From an uncultured Candidatus Saccharibacteria bacterium (lineage in GTDB: Bacteria > Patescibacteriota > Minisyncoccia > UBA6257 > UBA9933), in the NCBI GenBank assembly GCA_964453135.1, contig CAYVOL010000003.1:33976-97975 (forward strand): DNA of 64,000 bases. The letters run 5' to 3'. Below the pieces are notes generated by a model that was not told where the DNA came from, made no database searches, and saw only the letters and a list, made by a program, of their open reading frames with translations. Both the position numbers and the translations under genes were made by a program. Below are positions 1 to 10,689 of the stretch, in pieces. How positions within the stretch are numbered: the first letter of the stretch is position 1; every line of letters starts with the position of its first letter.

Positions 1-180
1 CCCAAAATTATTATCCCCGTTTTTTACAAAGTGCCGGGTTTGAAACGGCCGGCGGAAGATTTAAAAATTTTTGCCGACGAGTTCAATCACGGAGAAGCGG
101 AGCAGTTGGAAAAACTCACTGTCAAAAAAAGAGATTTAGCTTCCGCGAAAACTATGCAGTTAAAGACATTTAAGTTTTAA
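1..180 (+). CDS. 3' end of an upstream gene (partial, unknown function)
   Basis: Frame 1 is open from the window edge to a TAA at 178-180. The translation ...IIPVFYKVPGLKRPAEDLKIFADEFNHGEAEQLEKL... has no recognisable motif. Confidence 0.3.
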   Translation, partial: PKIIIPVFYKVPGLKRPAEDLKIFADEFNHGEAEQLEKLTVKKRDLASAKTMQLKTFKF

Positions 181-267
181 TTTTTCACACGATTGTCATT
201 ATTGAGCATAGCGAGGAATTTATGTTGTTCAGGATGACGAAGGGAGGATCAGAAAAGTTTTTAAATA

Positions 268-609
268 ATGGAATTTTTCAAAGAACAATTAAAGAGAATT
301 CAAAATTCCGATGATGGAGAAAAGAAAAAATGGTTAATTATTCTCAGCGGGATTTCCATGGCAATAATAATAACGGCTTGGATTTTTTATATGAATATCT
401 TTGTGTTTCAGGCTAATAATCCTAACGAAGAAAGCGGAACTAAACTGGAATCGGTTAATGTTGAATTTTGGCCCGTGTTTAAAGCCGGAATGAAAACGAT
501 CGCTCGTGATGTCAGCGGAAAAATAGGCTTCGGTGTTTCGGAAATTTTGTTCAGATTTTCCAAAATTATCGGCGGACAGAAATCTATTGAGATAAAAAAC
601 AGCGAATAG
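268..609 (+). CDS. small hypothetical membrane protein
   Basis: 113-aa ORF with one hydrophobic TM segment (WLIILSGISMAIIITAWIFYM). No family motif recognised. Confidence 0.4.
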   Translation: MEFFKEQLKRIQNSDDGEKKKWLIILSGISMAIIITAWIFYMNIFVFQANNPNEESGTKLESVNVEFWPVFKAGMKTIARDVSGKIGFGVSEILFRFSKIIGGQKSIEIKNSE

Positions 610-628
610 TTTGTAAGGTTAATCCACG

Positions 629-3091
629 ATGAATAGCAAAGAAAAAATTAAAAATGAGGGATTGCCCGAGCGCAAGGCGGGAGTAGAAAGGCGGGAAATA
701 TCCGATGAGCTGAAAGAATCTTATTTGGAATACGCGATGTCGGTTATTGTTTCGCGCGCCTTGCCGGACGTGCGTGACGGATTAAAGCCGGTGCAGCGGA
801 GGATTTTATGGGCAATGTGGGAAACCGGACTAAAAGCCGGAACAAAATTCAGGAAATCAGCCGCGGTGGTGGGCGAGACTTTGAAATCGTACCATCCGCA
901 CGGCGATATCGCGGTTTACGACGCTTTAGCGAGAATGACGCAGGATTTTTCCCTGCGCTATCCTTTGATTGACGGGCAGGGCAACTGGGGATCTATTGAC
1001 GGAGACAATCAGGCGGCGATGCGGTACACGGAATGCAGAATGTCTAAGATTTCCGAGGAGCTGATGTATGACATTGAAAAAGAAACTGTTGACTGGCAGC
1101 CTAATTACGACGCTACTACCGATGAGCCGAGAGTTTTGCCCGCTAAGCTACCTAACCTTTTAATCAACGGCGCTTCGGGCATTGCCGTCGGCATGGCCAC
1201 CAATATCCCGCCTCACAATTTAAGCGAGGTGATTGAGGCAACAACGCATTTAATAGAGCATCCCAAATCTTCCACCGAAGATTTGCTGAATTTCATCAAA
1301 GGCCCTGATTTCCCGACCGGCGGAATTATCTACGATAAAAAAGCGATTTTGGAAGCGTACGCCACCGGGCGGGGCAGCGTTACCACCCGGGCGGTTTCGG
1401 AAATTCAGGAAAGAAAAAACGGGCAATACAACATTGTTATCACCGAAATTCCTTATCAAGTGAATAAAGCGGAAATGATTGCCAAAATGGCCCAGCTGGC
1501 GCAGGAGAAAAAAATAGAAGGCATCCGCGACTTGCGCGACGAAAGCGACCGCGAAGGATTGCGCATCGTTGTTGAGTTGAAAAGCGACGCTTCAGCTCAA
1601 AAAATACTTAACCAGCTTTACAAGCATACCGACTTACAGAAGAATTTTAACTTTAATATGATCGCGTTGACTTCCGGAGGTATTCAGCCCCAGCTTTTGT
1701 CGCTGAAAGAAATTCTGGAATTTCACGTTGAGCATCGCAAAGAAGTGGTGCGGCGCCGGGCGGAGTTTGAACTGAAAAAAGCGAAAGAAAGGGCGCATAT
1801 TTTGGAAGGATTAGCCAAGGCGCTTTCTGTTATTGACCAGATAATCGCCACTATTAAAAAATCGCGCGACCGCGAAGAGGCCCGTTTGAATTTGATGAAG
1901 AATTTTTCGCTTACCGAAATTCAAGCCAACGCCATTTTAGATATGAAGCTGGCGACTTTGGCGGCTTTGGAAAGGGAGAAAATAGAAGAAGAACTGGCGG
2001 AGAAAAAACAGCTTATTAAAGAATTGGAAATTTTGCTGAAGAGTCCGGAAAAAATTTTGAAAGTCGTCAAAGACGAACTTTTGGAATTGAAAAATAAATT
2101 TGGCGATGAAAGAAAAACGAAAGTGGTGGCCGGAGGGATCAAGGAATTTAAAGAAGAGGATTTAGTGCCGGAAGAAGAAACCATCATCACTATGTCGCAA
2201 AGGGGTTATATTAAAAGAGTGCCGCCGTCTATTTTTAAGGCGCAGAAAAGAGGGGGAAAGGGGCTGATTGGTTCGGATATCAACGAAGAAGACGCCTTGC
2301 TTCATTTTATTTCCGCCAATACCCATGACAACATTTTATTTTTTACCGACCAGGGGAAAGTTTTCCAGACCAAGGTTTACGAAATTCCGGCTGCTAGCCG
2401 CACCTCCAAGGGGAAAATAATCCAGAATTTTTTGGATATTCCTCCGGAAGAAAAAATCAGCGCCGTTATTTCTTATGGCAATACTTCTTCCCGAGACGGC
2501 GCTTATTTGGTAATGGCCACCAGAAACGGCACTATCAAGAAAACTTCCTTGGAAGATTTTGCCAATATCCGGCGTACCGGCATTATCGCCATTAACCTCC
2601 AGAAAGGGGATGCTTTGAAAGGGGCGAAGTTATCGGGCGGCGCGGATGAAATTTTAATCACCACAGCCAGAGGGCAATCAGTGCGTTTTAAGGAAAATCA
2701 ATTAAAATCTTTAGGGCGAAGCGCCGCCGGAGTACGCGCCATTAAACTAAAATCCGGAGATTCAGTGGCGGGATTTGATATAATAAATAAGATGAAAAAT
2801 TTATTGATAATCACGGAAAACGGGTTTGCCAAGCAAACTCCATTGAAAGAATACCGTTTGCAAAGAAGAGGAGGATCGGGGATAAAAACTGCTAAAATTA
2901 CGGCCAAGACCGGGCTGATTGCCGCGGCGCGCGCCATCTCAGACGAGGAAGAGATATTGGCTATTTCTGTCAAAGGACAAATCATCCGCACAACCCTTTC
3001 TTCCGTGCGCACTGCGGGCAGAGCCACCAGCGGAGTGAAAATAATGAAACTGAATTCAGGAGACAAAATCGCCGGAATAGCCGTGTTGTAG
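629..3091 (+). CDS. gyrA: DNA gyrase subunit A
   Basis: 820 aa. The N-terminal breakage-reunion domain has the conserved [18 protein letters not shown] and HPHGD motifs and the active-site Tyr context AAMRYTE. The C-terminus carries repeated beta-pinwheel blades. Confidence 0.95.
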   Translation: MNSKEKIKNEGLPERKAGVERREISDELKESYLEYAMSVIVSRALPDVRDGLKPVQRRILWAMWETGLKAGTKFRKSAAVVGETLKSYHPHGDIAVYDALARMTQDFSLRYPLIDGQGNWGSIDGDNQAAMRYTECRMSKISEELMYDIEKETVDWQPNYDATTDEPRVLPAKLPNLLINGASGIAVGMATNIPPHNLSEVIEATTHLIEHPKSSTEDLLNFIKGPDFPTGGIIYDKKAILEAYATGRGSVTTRAVSEIQERKNGQYNIVITEIPYQVNKAEMIAKMAQLAQEKKIEGIRDLRDESDREGLRIVVELKSDASAQKILNQLYKHTDLQKNFNFNMIALTSGGIQPQLLSLKEILEFHVEHRKEVVRRRAEFELKKAKERAHILEGLAKALSVIDQIIATIKKSRDREEARLNLMKNFSLTEIQANAILDMKLATLAALEREKIEEELAEKKQLIKELEILLKSPEKILKVVKDELLELKNKFGDERKTKVVAGGIKEFKEEDLVPEEETIITMSQRGYIKRVPPSIFKAQKRGGKGLIGSDINEEDALLHFISANTHDNILFFTDQGKVFQTKVYEIPAASRTSKGKIIQNFLDIPPEEKISAVISYGNTSSRDGAYLVMATRNGTIKKTSLEDFANIRRTGIIAINLQKGDALKGAKLSGGADEILITTARGQSVRFKENQLKSLGRSAAGVRAIKLKSGDSVAGFDIINKMKNLLIITENGFAKQTPLKEYRLQRRGGSGIKTAKITAKTGLIAAARAISDEEEILAISVKGQIIRTTLSSVRTAGRATSGVKIMKLNSGDKIAGIAVL

Positions 3092-3151
3092 ATTGATCCG
3101 GAATTTTGAAACGTGGAACTTGAAATTTGAAATTTCAATATTGAAATCTTT

Positions 3152-4435
3152 ATGAATTTCACTAAATCGCAAAGCGTTATTATTTTAATCGGCGTTGCCG
3201 TTGTTTTGTTTTTCATTTTGGGGCTTTTGGGAATTATTCCTGTTTTTAAGACACCGCAGGACCGCAAGCCGGTTCAAGAAATCAGTCTTTCCATTTGGGG
3301 AATTGACGATAAATCTTTTTTTGAAGGAGTTTTGGATAAATTTAACCAATCTAACAGAAATATATCCATAAGCTACCGGTCTTTTGACGAGGCTTCTTAC
3401 GAGAACGCTCTCTTAAACGCCTTAGCGACCGGACAAGGGCCGGATATTTTTATGTTTCACCGCAGTTGGCTAAAAAAACACGGCGACAAAGTAGCCATAC
3501 CGTCAGCCACTCAGATTTCTTTGCCTGTTTTTCGCCAGCTTTTCCCCGATATTGCGGAAAGAGATTTTGTTTCCGACGGGAAAATTTATGCCCTGCCTTT
3601 GTATTTAGACACGGTGGCGATGTTTTACAACAAGGATATTTTTAATAATAAGGCCATCGCGGTTTTGCCGAAAACCTGGGACGATTTCCGTCTTTTAATT
3701 CCCTATTTGACCGAATACGACGTTAACCATCAGATTGTTAAATCCGCCGCCGCTGTCGGCGGGTCGGGAAAATCAATCAGCAAAGTCAGCGACCTTTTAA
3801 GTGCCCTGATGATTCAAAGCGGTTCGTCCATAGCGGATAGTTCGCGGATAAATAATTTTGACGCTCCGGCTGTTAAGGCGTTTGATTTTTATCTTCAATT
3901 CGCCAACGCCGGAAATGCTTACTACACTTGGAATGACGGGCTGGGCAATTCTCTGGATTCTTTTTCTGCCGCGAAAACCGCCGTAATTTTCAACTACGCC
4001 CGTTCTTTGGCGGATATTAAACGGAAAAATCCTTTTCTTAATTTTGCCGTTGCTCACTTGCCGCAATTTAATCCTTCCCAGCCGAAAAATTACGCCGACT
4101 ATTGGGGGTTGGCGGTGTCTAAACAAAGTCTTCATCCCGAGGAAGCGTGGAATTTTGCCATTGACCTTACTACCAACGCCAATACTAACTCAATGTATTT
4201 ACAGTCCAGCGGTTTGCCGCCGGCTTTAAGGACTTTGATCAATCAATACCAAAACGATGCTAATTTGAGTGTTTTCAGCCGGCAAGCGCTAAGCGCTTAC
4301 GCCATTTCCTATTCCGATAAAAATAAATTTGATTCCGTTATCTCCGATATGATAGAAGCTGTGCTGACCGGCAAGGCGAGCCAATCAGACGCCCTGGATC
4401 AAGCCCGGTTGAAATTAGCCGCCGGGGTTCAGTAA
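3152..4435 (+). CDS. membrane-anchored extracellular solute-binding protein family-1-like protein
   Basis: N-terminal TM anchor followed by a roughly 390-aa periplasmic-binding-protein-like region (PDIFMFHRSWL..., LYLDTVAMFYNKDIF). No cognate ABC permease or ATPase lies nearby. Confidence 0.5.
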   Translation: MNFTKSQSVIILIGVAVVLFFILGLLGIIPVFKTPQDRKPVQEISLSIWGIDDKSFFEGVLDKFNQSNRNISISYRSFDEASYENALLNALATGQGPDIFMFHRSWLKKHGDKVAIPSATQISLPVFRQLFPDIAERDFVSDGKIYALPLYLDTVAMFYNKDIFNNKAIAVLPKTWDDFRLLIPYLTEYDVNHQIVKSAAAVGGSGKSISKVSDLLSALMIQSGSSIADSSRINNFDAPAVKAFDFYLQFANAGNAYYTWNDGLGNSLDSFSAAKTAVIFNYARSLADIKRKNPFLNFAVAHLPQFNPSQPKNYADYWGLAVSKQSLHPEEAWNFAIDLTTNANTNSMYLQSSGLPPALRTLINQYQNDANLSVFSRQALSAYAISYSDKNKFDSVISDMIEAVLTGKASQSDALDQARLKLAAGVQ

Positions 4436-4485
4436 TACCCGTAAATTATAAATTAGTTTCACGGTTCAAGTTTTAAGTTTTTCGC

Positions 4486-6195
4486 ATGCTTCATCTTCCT
4501 GTCCACAAACTAAAAGAAACTTTAATCGCCGATCAGCTTATTACGGCGGAAAATTTTGAAGAAATTTCCCAAGAGGGCGAGCGGCTTAACCAGAGAATTG
4601 AAGACATTTTAATTTCCCGCGGAATTGTTTCCCCTGATTATCTTTATAAATTTTTAGCCCGTTATTTAAACGTGGAGCTTATAGATTTGGACGAAGCCAA
4701 AATAGACCGGCAGGTTTTGCGTCTTTTGTCGCCGGATTTGGCTAATCAAAAGAGGGTCATTCTTTTCAAAAAGGAAGCGGATGGAATTTTGGACGCGGCA
4801 ATGGAAGATCCCAGTGATTTGAAGACCATTGAATTTCTGGAAAGATTTTTGAAAGCGAAAGTGAAGCCGTTTTTAGTGCGGCCTGTTGATATGGAAAAGG
4901 GGTTTGCCATTTACAGCCGCCAGCAAACAGAGGATTTTAAAAAAACGATTCAGGAAAATGTTCAGCACAGTTTGCAGATAAGGGAGCAGAATATAGAAAA
5001 AGCGGCCAATGCCGTTCCGGTGGTGGCTTTGGTGGAAAATTTTCTCGCTTACGCCGCAACATCGCGCGCTTCCGATGTTCATATTGAGACTTTGGAAAAC
5101 GAAATTGTCGTCCGCTTCAGGATTGACGGAATTCTTCGCGAAATAATCCGCATTCCCAAGGAAGCTCATCTTCCTATTTTGGCCCGGTTGAAACTTTTAT
5201 CCAACTTGAAAATTGACGAACACTATAAACCGCAGGACGGACGTTTCAATATTAAAGTCGGAGAGGAGAAGGTGGATATCCGCGTTTCCATTATGCCCAC
5301 AATTTTTGGAGAGAAGATTGAAATGCGTCTTTTGCCTGCCACGCAAAAGCCGCTGTCTTTTGAGGAATTGGGAATGATGGAAGACACGATTAAATTATTT
5401 AAGGAAAATTTGGAAAAAACTTTCGGCATCGTTTTAGTTTGCGGGCCGACAGGAGCGGGAAAAACCACCACTCTTTACGCGGTGTTGAATATTCTTAACA
5501 AGCCCGAAGTCAATATTGTGACCATTGAAGACCCCATTGAATATTACATAAAATACGTTAATCAAACGCAGGTTAATACGACAGCCGGGATTACTTTTGC
5601 CAATGCTTTGCGCGCTTTTCTGCGGCAGGATCCTAATATTATTATGGTCGGCGAGGTGCGCGATGAAGAGACGGCGGAAATTTCCGTTCATGCCGCTTTG
5701 ACCGGACATTTGGTGTTGTCGTCTCTTCACACTAACACCGCCGCCGCGGCTGTGCCCCGTTTGATAGACATGAAAGTTCCTCCTTTTCTGGTATCGGCGG
5801 TTCTTAACGCTGTTTTGGCGCAACGTCTCGCGAGAAAAATCTGTCCCAGCTGTATAGAATCTTTCTCTTTGAGCGAAGAACAAATTAGCATCATCACAAA
5901 TCAGCTGAAAGAAATAGAGGGGCACGCCGATTTTGAATTGCCGAAGATATCTTTTCACGGCAAGGGGTGTTCGGCCTGCAACTTCAGCGGATATCAGGGG
6001 CGCGTTGGCATCTTTGAACTTCTTAATATTGACAACGAAATCAGGGACCTCATCAATTCCCCGCAATTCGCTTTGGATAAGATGGAGCAATTGGCAAAAA
6101 AGAAGGGAATGATTACAATGTTTGAAGATGGCTTACGCAAGGTGGGCTTGGGAATGACAACCGTTGAAGAGGTGTTAAGGGTTATCAGGGAATAG
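4486..6195 (+). CDS. pilB: type IV pilus assembly ATPase (PilB/GspE family)
   Basis: Walker A is VLVCGPTGAGKTT. Asp and His boxes are present, and a tetracysteine CPSC...CSAC zinc motif typical of GspE/PilB. There is an N-terminal GSPII_E_N-like domain. Confidence 0.9.
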   Translation: MLHLPVHKLKETLIADQLITAENFEEISQEGERLNQRIEDILISRGIVSPDYLYKFLARYLNVELIDLDEAKIDRQVLRLLSPDLANQKRVILFKKEADGILDAAMEDPSDLKTIEFLERFLKAKVKPFLVRPVDMEKGFAIYSRQQTEDFKKTIQENVQHSLQIREQNIEKAANAVPVVALVENFLAYAATSRASDVHIETLENEIVVRFRIDGILREIIRIPKEAHLPILARLKLLSNLKIDEHYKPQDGRFNIKVGEEKVDIRVSIMPTIFGEKIEMRLLPATQKPLSFEELGMMEDTIKLFKENLEKTFGIVLVCGPTGAGKTTTLYAVLNILNKPEVNIVTIEDPIEYYIKYVNQTQVNTTAGITFANALRAFLRQDPNIIMVGEVRDEETAEISVHAALTGHLVLSSLHTNTAAAAVPRLIDMKVPPFLVSAVLNAVLAQRLARKICPSCIESFSLSEEQISIITNQLKEIEGHADFELPKISFHGKGCSACNFSGYQGRVGIFELLNIDNEIRDLINSPQFALDKMEQLAKKKGMITMFEDGLRKVGLGMTTVEEVLRVIRE

Positions 6196-6206
6196 TTTGA
6201 AATTTT

Positions 6207-7424
6207 ATGAGGTTTCACTATGTTGCCGCTCAAAACGACGGCAAGACAATTGAAGGAGAAACGACAGCCAGCGATGCGGCGGAAGTTTTGAGTTATCTGG
6301 TTTCCCGCGGGTTAAAACCCATTTCTTTAAAAAAGGAGAAATCTTTTGAAGTCAAAAACGATTGGCGCTATCTTTTTCGTTCCGCCATCACGATTGAAGA
6401 CAAGATTTTTCTCACCAAATATCTTGCATTGATGTTGAAAACCGGCAGCGACCTTTTCCGCGCCATTGATATTTTAATCGCCGATTTTGACAAGCCGTCA
6501 ATGCGTTCTTTTCTTTACGAGATTCGCGAGAATCTGGAGCGCGGCCAGGCTTTTTACCGGATTTTTGCCCGTTATCCGCGGTACTTTTCCACTGTCTTCG
6601 TTAATTTGGTAAAAGCGGGAGAGACTACTGGAACTTTGGATAAAACTTTTGAAGATTTAAGCAAAAGTCTTCAAAAAGAAGATAGCCTTCGCCGTGAAAT
6701 CAGTTCTTCTTTAATCTACCCGATAATTTTAGTGATGCTTTCTTTGGGAATTGTTTTTATTCTGGTCAGTTTTGTTTTGCCGAAAATTTCTGATTTGTTC
6801 AGCAGCGGCAATTTTAACCCTCCTCCTTTTTCCCGCATAGTGTTTGGCGTGGGCCGCTTTTTTAACGATTATCTTCTGGTATTTTTAACTTTTTTCTTTG
6901 TCTCGGGAGCGGGATTGTTTTTGGCTTGGCGCCAGTCGGCGGTGTTCAGGCAGATCGCCCACACTTTATTTTTTCGCGTTCCTTTGGTTGGTCCGGTTTT
7001 AAGAAGAATATCCCTGCAAAGATTCTGCTCCACGCTCGGGGCTTTATTGGCTTCGGGAATCCCTTTGGTTGATTGTTTGAATATAACGGCGCAAGTGGTG
7101 GGCGACGAAGAAATGAAGCAGGCGCTTTTAAGGATTTCCCAGGAAGGAGTCTTGAAAGGGGTGGTTTTGGGTGACGCTTTTAAAAGAGAGGCGGTTTTCC
7201 CCCGGGTGCTTGTCAATTTAATCGCCATTTCGGAGAAAGGAGGAAGTTTGTCCGCGATACTTATCACTTTATCCGATTTTTACGAAGGAGAAATAAAAAC
7301 TTCCCTTAAGACGATGCTTACTTTTTTGGAGCCGGCGCTTTTGGTTTTTATCGGCGCTATTGTCGCTTTGATCGCCGCGTCCATTTTGGTCCCCATTTAC
7401 CAGTTGTTCGGAAGTTTTAAGTGA
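6207..7424 (+). CDS. pilC: type IV pilus inner-membrane platform protein (PilC/GspF family)
   Basis: 405 aa with duplicated T2SSF-type domains and three TM segments. It sits immediately downstream of pilB. Confidence 0.9.
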   Translation: MRFHYVAAQNDGKTIEGETTASDAAEVLSYLVSRGLKPISLKKEKSFEVKNDWRYLFRSAITIEDKIFLTKYLALMLKTGSDLFRAIDILIADFDKPSMRSFLYEIRENLERGQAFYRIFARYPRYFSTVFVNLVKAGETTGTLDKTFEDLSKSLQKEDSLRREISSSLIYPIILVMLSLGIVFILVSFVLPKISDLFSSGNFNPPPFSRIVFGVGRFFNDYLLVFLTFFFVSGAGLFLAWRQSAVFRQIAHTLFFRVPLVGPVLRRISLQRFCSTLGALLASGIPLVDCLNITAQVVGDEEMKQALLRISQEGVLKGVVLGDAFKREAVFPRVLVNLIAISEKGGSLSAILITLSDFYEGEIKTSLKTMLTFLEPALLVFIGAIVALIAASILVPIYQLFGSFK

Positions 7425-7513
7425 AATCGTGTTAAGCGTCAAGTATTAAGTGTCAGGCGCGAATGTTTATGTTTCAAGAATTAAAACATCTTTGTGATAA
7501 ACGGATTTATTCC

Positions 7514-7972
7514 ATGCATAAAATTTTGCGCATGGGGTTCACTTTGGTGGAAATTCTTATTGTTTTGGGAGTGATCGCTGTTCTGGCTTCGTTTACCGGT
7601 TTGAATCTGGTGGGCATTTATCACCAGCGGAATTTAAACAATTATTCTTTGAAAATTGTTTATATTTTGCGGGCGGCGCGTGACAAGTCTATTAATCAGG
7701 AAAACGCCAGCGGGTGGGGCGTCCATTTTGATAATTCTTCCAGCAGCTTTGCTTTATTCCAGGGGAGCAGTTATAATTCAGGAATAGTTTATCAATATAT
7801 TAGGTTGAGTTCCGATGTTCAATTTGTCGCTCCGGCTTCCGGTCAAGATATTGTCTTCGCCAAAATTACCGGTTTGCCTAGCTCCACTTCTTCCGTTATA
7901 ATTTCTTTAGTTAATGATGCTAATACTTCCAGTACCATCACTATTAATTCCAACGGAGAAACAAGCAATTAA
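7514..7972 (+). CDS. type IV pilin/pseudopilin (prepilin-type N-terminal cleavage/methylation domain)
   Basis: Class III signal MHKILRMG|FTLVEILIVLGVIAVLA with Glu at +5. The ORF track opens at 7463 and 7514 is the first ATG giving a short leader. Confidence 0.7.
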   Translation: MHKILRMGFTLVEILIVLGVIAVLASFTGLNLVGIYHQRNLNNYSLKIVYILRAARDKSINQENASGWGVHFDNSSSSFALFQGSSYNSGIVYQYIRLSSDVQFVAPASGQDIVFAKITGLPSSTSSVIISLVNDANTSSTITINSNGETSN

Positions 7973-8049
7973 TCTAGTTCATAAAAGTTCGTAAAGTTTT
8001 TAAGATTAATAAAGTCAAAATTAATCAAGGTCGCTAATAATAAAGACAT

Positions 8050-8586
8050 ATGAAAATATTTAACAGCGGGTCGCGGGGTTTTACTCTCATAGAGCTTTTG
8101 GTGGTTATTTCTATTATCGGCATTTTGGCCGGCATATTTTTGAACAAAATAGGAGATTTCCGAAAGCAAGCGGAGGATGCCAGAAGGTTGGCTGACTTGC
8201 GGCATGTCCAGACATTACTGGAGCTTTTTTACAACAAGTGTAATCTTTATCCCGCTAACGGAGTTGACCCGGCGACCTGTACTTCGGCACCGCAGAATGC
8301 AACCCCTGGAGAACTTACATGGGATAATCTTAGAACAAATCTCGTTAACGCGGGAATAGGCATTGTGTCTAAAGATAATATACCGAAAGATCCCGATGCT
8401 AATAGGAGTTATCAATATATAAGCGATGGCTCCAATTATGTTTTGCGGGCTGATTTGAAAAAAGACAACCAGGTTCTGAAAGATAGCGCCAAAAACAATG
8501 GTATAAAAGATGCTTTTAAAAGCCTTATAAATTGTGATACAGCCGACAGTGCCAATGAGCATTACTCTTATTGTATAGAGTTTTGA
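8050..8586 (+). CDS. type IV pilin (candidate major pilin, PilA-like)
   Basis: Leader is MKIFNSGSRG|FTLIELLVVISIIGILAGIF. Two C-terminal Cys pairs (CNLYPANGVDPATC; CDTADSANEHYSYC) suggest disulfide-bonded loops. Confidence 0.75.
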   Translation: MKIFNSGSRGFTLIELLVVISIIGILAGIFLNKIGDFRKQAEDARRLADLRHVQTLLELFYNKCNLYPANGVDPATCTSAPQNATPGELTWDNLRTNLVNAGIGIVSKDNIPKDPDANRSYQYISDGSNYVLRADLKKDNQVLKDSAKNNGIKDAFKSLINCDTADSANEHYSYCIEF

Positions 8587-8587
8587 T

Positions 8588-9490
8588 ATGGCAGTTTATT
8601 TTTTTCTTTTTATTTCTGGTTTGGCGGCCGGCAGTTTTTTGAACGTTATTTCGCTGCGATACTGCGAGTTAAATTCGGAAAATAATCCAGAAGCCAGAAG
8701 CTATAACCTAAAAGCTATTATTGGCGGCCGGTCGCGATGCCCTCATTGTCAAAAAACTTTAAAGTGGTATGAACTCATACCGCTTTTTAGTTTTGTCGTT
8801 CAAAAAAGACGTTGTCGGAATTGCGGAGAAAAATTATCCTGGCAGTATCCGATTGTGGAGATTTTAGCCGGATTAATTTTTGTTTTTGTCCCGTTTTCTT
8901 TGAATCATCTTTTGGGTTTTTCGGGGAGTTCGGATGTATTCGTAGTCTTGTATTCTATTGTTTGGATTTTTATTTTTTTGCTTTTTCTTCTTCTTTCCGC
9001 CATTGATTTTCGGCTTTATATTATTCCCGATTCCGTAAATTTATCATTGGCAATCTTGGGCGCGTCTTTGATTGTTTTAAATTCTAAACCTTATATCCCG
9101 AATTCTAATTACTCACTTTCTTTCCTTGGCTATTACTCTTCGCTTTTTCCGCAAATCAATAATGTTTGGCTTAATCATTTGTCCGCCGCTTTTCTGGCAA
9201 TGTTTTTCTTTGGCGCCGTAATTTTAATAACCAAGGGGAGGGGAATGGGCTGGGGAGATTTTAAATTAGGGGGCGCCTTAGGAATTATTTTCGGCTGGCC
9301 GGATATTTTAGCGGTTTTGGCTTTGGCTTTTATTGTCGGCGCTCTGGCAGGAGTTTTCTTATTGACAAAAGGAAAGAAAAAAATGAAAGACGCGGTTCCT
9401 TTCGGTCCGTTTTTAGTAATAGGGGCGGCTTTGGTTTTCTTTTTCGGCTATAATATTTTGCAGATTTATTTTAGGATTTTTTTGCTATAA
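8588..9490 (+). CDS. pilD: prepilin peptidase (A24 family, PilD)
   Basis: N-terminal zinc-binding CPHC...CRNC tetracysteine followed by a polytopic membrane domain with the conserved GxGDFKLG-like region (GMGWGDFKLGGALG). Confidence 0.85.
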   Translation: MAVYFFLFISGLAAGSFLNVISLRYCELNSENNPEARSYNLKAIIGGRSRCPHCQKTLKWYELIPLFSFVVQKRRCRNCGEKLSWQYPIVEILAGLIFVFVPFSLNHLLGFSGSSDVFVVLYSIVWIFIFLLFLLLSAIDFRLYIIPDSVNLSLAILGASLIVLNSKPYIPNSNYSLSFLGYYSSLFPQINNVWLNHLSAAFLAMFFFGAVILITKGRGMGWGDFKLGGALGIIFGWPDILAVLALAFIVGALAGVFLLTKGKKKMKDAVPFGPFLVIGAALVFFFGYNILQIYFRIFLL

Positions 9491-9498
9491 TATTAAGA

Positions 9499-10083
9499 AT
9501 GATTTTCGGGCAACCTGATACAAGATACAAGCCGCGAAGGGCGCGGGGCTTTACCCTGATAGAGATGCTGGTTACTTTTTCCGTGATTGCCATTTTGTCC
9601 GGCGTGGTTATTCTTTACAACAACGCGGGGCGAGAACAATTAGAATTGTTTCAGGCGCAAAATCAGGTAGCAAGTGTTTTGAATCAAGCCAAGTCGTTTA
9701 CCCTGCAGTTTTATAATGGGGATTCCCGGCGGGACTGCGGCTATGGAGTCCATTTTGACGCCTCGGGAAATTCCTATTTTATTTTCAAAAGCAAAAAAAC
9801 TATTTCAACGGAAAATTGTATGGATTTGAGCCGGCCGGACGCTTACGACCAGACAAGAGACGATGATTTAAGCAAAAAATACAAATTTTCCCTGCCGTCC
9901 TCTTTGCAGTTTGACTCTGCGGGATTTATTTCCGATGTCGTTTTTATTTATCCCAGAGTTAATACCGTTATTATCCGGGGAGGAGTAGAAATAGACGAGG
10001 GGAAGATTACATTAATCAGCAAAGACGGGGCGTATAATAAAGTTGTGGGAATTAATAAAATTGGGCAAGTGTCGGCGCAGTAA
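9499..10083 (+). CDS. pseudopilin / minor pilin (prepilin-type)
   Basis: Leader is ...RRARG|FTLIEMLVTFSVIAILSGV. Confidence 0.7.
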   Translation: MIFGQPDTRYKPRRARGFTLIEMLVTFSVIAILSGVVILYNNAGREQLELFQAQNQVASVLNQAKSFTLQFYNGDSRRDCGYGVHFDASGNSYFIFKSKKTISTENCMDLSRPDAYDQTRDDDLSKKYKFSLPSSLQFDSAGFISDVVFIYPRVNTVIIRGGVEIDEGKITLISKDGAYNKVVGINKIGQVSAQ

Positions 10084-10132
10084 ACCGGCGCAATGTGAGA
10101 CGTTAAACATAAAACATAAAAAACATTGTAAA

Positions 10133-10639
10133 ATGCTACGCGCTACATATTATAAGTTTACGAGCAATAGGGGACAGCTAATTGTGGAAGCGGTGATTGC
10201 TATTTTTTTCATTACCACCGCGGTTTTGATATTTGTGGGGCTTTTGGCGCGTTCCTCTGGGGTTAATACGGTGATTGCCGACCAATACACCGCCACTTAT
10301 CTGGCGAGCGAAGGCATTGAAGTGGTGAAAAATATTATTGACGAAAATGTTAAACAGGGGAGAGCGTGGAATGACGGGATAAACAACGGGGATTACGCCG
10401 CGCAATATAACAGCGCGAAATTAGACAACACTTATAATTACAATAATTTTATAGATTTTGACGGCAACGCTCATTTTTTCCAATACGACAACGGAACCCC
10501 TACGCCTTACCGGCGGAAAATCACCATCGTAAACATCTCGGCGGATCATATAGATGTTATTTCCGCTGTTAATTGGAATTCGCACGGCCTAAGCCAGAGA
10601 GTGAATTTGGAGGACCATTTTTATAATTGGAGGCAATAA
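10133..10639 (+). CDS. pilin-like protein (atypical Gln at +1 of the prepilin site)
   Basis: The sequence ...TSNRG|QLIVEAVIAIFFITTAVLIFVGLL has Glu at +5 and a hydrophobic helix. The ORF opens at 10043 but overlaps the previous gene, so the internal ATG at 10133 was chosen. Confidence 0.5.
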   Translation: MLRATYYKFTSNRGQLIVEAVIAIFFITTAVLIFVGLLARSSGVNTVIADQYTATYLASEGIEVVKNIIDENVKQGRAWNDGINNGDYAAQYNSAKLDNTYNYNNFIDFDGNAHFFQYDNGTPTPYRRKITIVNISADHIDVISAVNWNSHGLSQRVNLEDHFYNWRQ

Positions 10640-10689
10640 ATAAGCTTTAAGCTTTTAGCTCCTAGCTTTCAGTATCTAATTTAACTTCG

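Noticed and set aside
1-30. Partial occurrence of the GGGGATAA motif at the window start (ttatccccg)
   Set aside because: Only 8-9 nt match, it is not accompanied by a -35/-10 pair, and it lies inside the terminal partial ORF. It is probably chance.
2698-3267. Antisense ORFs inside long genes (for example 2698-3267 inside gyrA, 5434-6090 inside pilB, 53148-53699 inside PBP2, 61551-62021 inside mreB2 and many 60-130-aa ORFs in the track)
   Set aside because: These lie entirely within well-supported conserved genes on the opposite strand or in an alternative frame, with low-complexity translations and no motifs. They are typical shadow ORFs.
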